This document shows, one piece after another, positions 59,281 through 64,000 of a DNA stretch of 64,000 bases (position 1 is its first letter; each line of letters starts with the position of its first letter). The translations under genes were made by a program, and so were the position numbers. The notes under the pieces are model-generated. The model searched no databases and was not told where the DNA came from. It saw only the letters and a program-made list of their open reading frames with translations. Source of the stretch: Mobula hypostoma (lineage: Eukaryota); assembly GCF_963921235.1 (NCBI RefSeq), contig NW_026948140.1, positions 434,001 to 498,000 of the forward strand, read 5' to 3'.

Positions 59281-60960
59281 CCATCAAAACACAGAGGAAC
59301 CACCACAAACTTCTACATTCCCCAATGATCCTATGATTCCAGCGTCCCAATCAGCAGCACACAGTGGTGAGGTTATTTGCAGGTCAGTGGTGCTCATTTA
59401 AAAAGAGAGCTTTGTGGGCATTTGGTGTCATTCCGGCAGCCCAATCAATCACGAGAGCAGCACACAGTGAGGTTACTCATTACTTGCAGGTCGGTGGTGC
59501 TCGTTTAAAAGGAGAGCTTTGCGGGTATTTGGTGTCATTTCAGTAGCCCAGTCAGTGACAGGAGCAGAGCAGATAAGAGAAAATAAAAGTAAATAAGGGA
59601 AAAATGGAGCAGCCATTGTTGGAAGTGGGCCAGTGATGAGAGTTGGAGTGTCAGGCTTTGGTTCAAAGGAGGCTTCAGCTCTGAAGAGGAGTTGGCTCTG
59701 AGTAAGTTGTCCGGGTAAGATTTTCTTAAATTTCCCTTTTTTTTAAACTGTGTCAGGGGTATTTAGTGTAGTTTATATGGTCATTGTGTGTTCTTCATGT
59801 CAGATGTTGGAGCCCTAGGAGACCCAGAATCTCTCAGGAAACAACATCTGCTTGAAGTGCATCCTGCTGCAGCTTCCTGAAGACTGTGTTCGGGATCTGG
59901 AGCAGCAGCTGGATGACCTTCAGTTTGCATGGGAGTGTCTCGAGAACATCAATTCGAGTTACAGGGAAGTAAACAACCCTAAGTTGCAGGAGGTGGGCAG
60001 CTGGGTGCCTGTCAGGAGAAGTAATGGGAAACGGAATAGACGGTTAGCACAGAGAACCCCCATGGCCATTCCCCTCAATGATAAGTATACCGTTTTGGAT
60101 ACTGATGTTGGGGGGTGACCTCCCCGGGGAATACCGTGGAGGCCAGGTTACTGGCACTGAGATGGGTCTGTGGTGCAGAAGGGAAAGAGGGAGAAAAGAG
60201 GAGCAGTAGTGATAGGGGACTCAATAGTCAAAGGAATAGAGCGATATTCTGTGGACATCCAAATGGTACGTTGCCTCCCACAGTCAAGTATGGCTCGGAT
60301 CACATCCACAGCATTTTAAAGAGGGAGGGAGAGCAACCAGATGTCTTGGTACATATTGGTACCAATGACATAGGAAGGAAAAGCAAAGAGGTCCTGAAGA
60401 AAGAATTTAGAGAGCTAGGCAGAAAGCTGGGAGTCAGGACCTACAGGGTGGTAATTTCTGGATTGCTACCTGTGTCACAGAGCACTGACAGTAGAAACAG
60501 GATGATCTAGCAGATAGATCCATGGCTGACAAGCTGGTGCAGGGAGCAGGGCTTCAGGTTCTTGGATCATTGAGATCTCTTCTGGGGGAGGTACGAAGGG
60601 GAGGGGCAGATTGCACCTGTTCCCCAGGGAGACCAGTATTCTCACAGACACGTTTTTTGAGTTGGTAGCAAAGGTTTAAATGAACTTGGCAGGGGGATGG
60701 GAACAAGAGGGATGGAATTCAGAATAGGACGGATGTTAAAAAAACAAAGATAGTGTGCGGTCAGACTGTCAGGAAGAGCAGGCAGATGATAGGACAAATT
60801 TTCAGCCAGCAGCTTGAGTACCAGAATCAAAAAGAGTAGCAAATACAGTACTCAAAGTGTTATATAAAAGTGCATAGAGTATGAGAAATAAGGTGGATGA
60901 TCTTGTTGCACTTATACAGATTGTTGTGTATGATGTTGTGGCCATCACTTAATCGTAGCT

Positions 60961-61165
60961 ACACTCACAACACACTGGAGGAACTCAGCAGGTCAGGCAG
61001 CATCTGTGGAAAAGATCAGTCGACGTTTCGGGCCGGAACCTGATGAAGGGTTCCGGCCCGAAACGTCGACCAATCTTTTCCATGGATGCTGCCCAACCTG
61101 CTGAGATCCTCCAGCGTGTTGTGAGTGTTGCGTTGACCCAAGCATCTGCAGATTATTTTGTGTTT
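60961..61165. mobile_element. Penelope foldback mini-insertion (different subfamily) with a hammerhead core at 61040-61067
   Basis: 14-bp TSD ACTTAATCGTAGCT at 60947-60960 and 61166-61179; CTGATGA agggttccggccc GAAA cg TC. Confidence 0.88.
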
Positions 61166-61732
61166 ACTTAATCGTAGCTGAAGGATGGTTGTACTTGGGA
61201 GCTGAATGTCCAAGGTTTCACAATGTATCAGAGGGATAGGAAGGTAGGTGGGAGGGTAGCATGGCTCTGCTGGTAAAGAATGGAATCAAATCAGTAGATA
61301 GATGTGACACAGGATCAGAAGATGTTGAGTCCATTTGGGTTGAGTTAAGAAGCTGCAAGCTTAAAAGACCCTGATGGCCGTTATGTACAGGCCTCCCAAC
61401 AGTAGCTGGGATGTGGACCACAGATTACAACGGGAAATAGAAAATGTTTGTCAAAAGGGCAATGTTATAATAGTCATGGGAGACCTTAACATGCAGGTAG
61501 GTAGGGAAAATCAGGTTGGTAATGGATCTTAAGAGAATGAATTTGTTCAATACCTACAAGATGACTTTTGAGAGAAGTTTGTCCTTGAGCCTACAAGGGG
61601 ATTAGTTATACTAGGTTGGGTATTATGTAATGAACTGAAAGCGACTGGGGAGCTTAAGGTAAAGAAACCCTGAGGAGACAGTGATCAGAAAATGATTGTG
61701 TTCAACTTGAAATTTGATAGGGAGAAAGTAAA

Positions 61733-63385
61733 GGGAGAACACAACTACAGCTGCAAAGATCCCATGATCTGTCTCAGAGGCCGATGTTAGACTGTCTTTA
61801 AGGAGATTGAACCCTCACAAGGTGGAAGGTTCTGATGGAGTACCTGGTATGGCTCTGAAAACCTGTGCCAACCAATCGGCGGGAGTATTCAAGGACACTT
61901 TCAACCTCTTACTGCTACGGGCAGAAGTTCCCACTTGCTTTAAAAAGGCAACAATTATACCAAAGCCAAAGAAGAACAATGTGGGCTGCCCTAATGATAA
62001 TCGCCTGGTAGCACTCACATCGACAGTGACGAAATGCTTTGAGAAGTTGGTTATGCCTAGACCGAACTCCTGCCTCAGTAAGGACCTGGACCCATTGCAA
62101 TTTGCCTATCGCCACAATAGGTCAATGGCAGACGCAATCTCCATGGATCTTCACATGGCTTTAGACCACCTAGACAACACAAACACCTACGTTAGGATGC
62201 TGTTCATCTACTATAGCTCAGCATTTAATACCATCATTCCCACAATCCTGATTGAGAAGCTGCAGAACCTGGGCCTCTGTACCTCCCTCTGCAATTGTAT
62301 CCTCAACTTCCTAACCGAAAGACCACAATCTGTGAAGATTGGTGATAACATATCCTCTTCGCTGAAAATCAACACTGGTGCACCTCAGGGATGTGTGCTT
62401 AGCCCACTGCTCTACTCGCTATATATACACACATGACTATGTGGCTAGGCATAGCACAAATAATATCTACAAATTTCCTGATGATACAAACATTGTTGGT
62501 AGAATCTCAGGTGGTGACGAGAGGGCGTACAGGAGTGAGATATGCCAACTAGTGGAATGGTGCCACAGCAACAACCTGACACTCAACGTCAGTAAGACGA
62601 AAGAGCTGATTGTGGACCTCAGGAAGGGTAAGTCGAAGGAAGACATACCAATCCTCAGAGGGATCAGAAGTGGAGAGAGTGAAGAGCTTCAAGTTCCTGG
62701 GTATCAAGATCTCTGAGGATCTAACCTGGTCCTAACATATTGATGTAGTCATAAAGAAGGCAAGACAGCAGCTATACTTTATTAGGCGTTTGAAGTGATT
62801 TGGCGTGTCAAGAAATACACTCAAAAACTTCTATAGATGTACCATGGAGAGCATTCTGACAGGCTGCATCACTGTCTGGTATGGAGGGGCTACTGCACAG
62901 GACCAAAAGAAGCTGCATAAGGTTGGAAATCTAGTCAGCTCCATCTTGGGCACTAGCCTACAAAGTACCCAGGACATCTTTGGGAAGCAGTATCTCAGAA
63001 AGGCAGCGTCTATTATTAAAGACCTCCAGCACCCAGGGCATGGCCTTTTCTCACTGTTACCATCAGGTAGAAGATACAGAAGCCTGAAGGCACTCATTCA
63101 GCAATTCAGGAACAGCTTCTTCCTCTCTGCCATCCGATTCCTAAATAGAGTTTGAAGCTTTGGACACTACCTCACTTTTTTTAATATACAGTTTTTCTGC
63201 TTTTGCACATTTTAAAATAACATATTCAATATACATAATCGATTTACTTGTTTTATTATGTTTTATTTTAATTATTTTTTTCTCTCTCTCTCTCTGCTGT
63301 ATTATGTATTGCATTGAACTGCTGCTGATAAGTTAACAAATTTCACGTCACATGCCAGTGATAATAAACTTGATTCTGATTCTGA
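61733..63385 (+). mobile_element. Rex1/Babar-clade LINE, 5'-truncated, ending in a (GATTCT)n tail
   Basis: ORFs 61807..62436, 62378..62716, 62805..63155. Confidence 0.9.
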
Positions 63386-64000
63386 AGTCTGACGTAGCAG
63401 TATTTCAGCAGAATAAAGGAACTTCCAGTGATGCAAGAGAGGAGCTGGCCAAAGTAAATTGGAAGGAGATGCTGGCAGGGATGACATCAGAGCAACAATG
63501 GCTTGAGTTTCTGGGGAAAAATTGAGGAAGGTGCAAAATAGATGTATTCCAAAAATGAAGAAATATTCAAATGGCAAAATAGTACAATCATAGCAGACAA
63601 GAGAATTGGGGTTCTAACATTTAACTGACATTCATTCTTTGAGGCATTCCTCCATTTTTGTGGATGTTTGCGAAGAAAAAGAATTTCAGGATGTATATTG
63701 TATACATTTTTCTGTCATTAAATGTACTGATTGAAACCTATTGAAGTCAAAGCTATTGTAAAATCAAAAGAAAGGGCATACAACAAAGCAGAAATTGGCA
63801 GAAAGGTAGAGGATTGCGAAGCTTTTATAATCCTACAGAGGACAACTAAAAGAATAAATAGGAAGGAAAATATGAATTATGAAAGCAAGCTAGCAATAAT
63901 ATCAAATTGGATAGTAAAAGCTTTTTCAAGTATATAAAAAATAAAAGAGATTAGAGCGAATATAGGACTGCTAGAAAATGAGGCCAGAGAAATAATAACA

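Larger units (their letters stand above)
59340..64000 (+). mobile_element. Older CR1 LINE retaining its 5' end (5' UTR, ORF1 about 59776-60685, ORF2 APE), interrupted, runs off the window
   Basis: CSSCQM..ICLKC, LEQQLDD, GDSIV, VHIGTND; YRPPN, MGDLN; resumes at 63386. Confidence 0.85.

Noticed and set aside
39400..64000. Upstream exon of the IFITM-like gene
   Set aside because: No CC-containing CD225 segment was recognised; nearly all sequence here is assignable to TEs. A short exon could have been missed.

Overview
Vertebrate genomic DNA, most likely a cartilaginous fish (inferred from the repeat landscape: dominant CR1 LINEs, Rex1/Babar, Penelope, an HE1-like V-SINE). The great majority of the window is nested transposable elements, and almost all ORFs in the track are TE fragments or their antisense shadows. 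One host coding exon is visible: the terminal exon of an IFITM/dispanin (CD225)-like gene on the minus strand (39196-39354). Its upstream exon(s) were not found in the remaining 24.6 kb. Main points of interest: (1) a full-length CR1 whose ORF1/ORF2 junction carries a correctly phased U_UUA_AAC slippery heptamer leading into an ATG-less ORF2, suggesting programmed -1 frameshifting; (2) repeated small Penelope insertions that are foldback hairpins carrying minimal hammerhead ribozyme motifs; (3) a complete Gmr1-type LTR retrotransposon with SCAN-like Gag, integrase upstream of RT, a tRNA-Pro PBS and in-frame internal deletions; (4) a near-perfect 149-bp-arm palindrome about 0.9 kb from the IFITM-like splice acceptor; (5) a hAT-type foldback MITE with arms built from a Tc1 transposase fragment; (6) a five-level nested insertion stack spanning 1.3-18.6 kb. 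All coordinates and counts were read by hand; no database searches were run.
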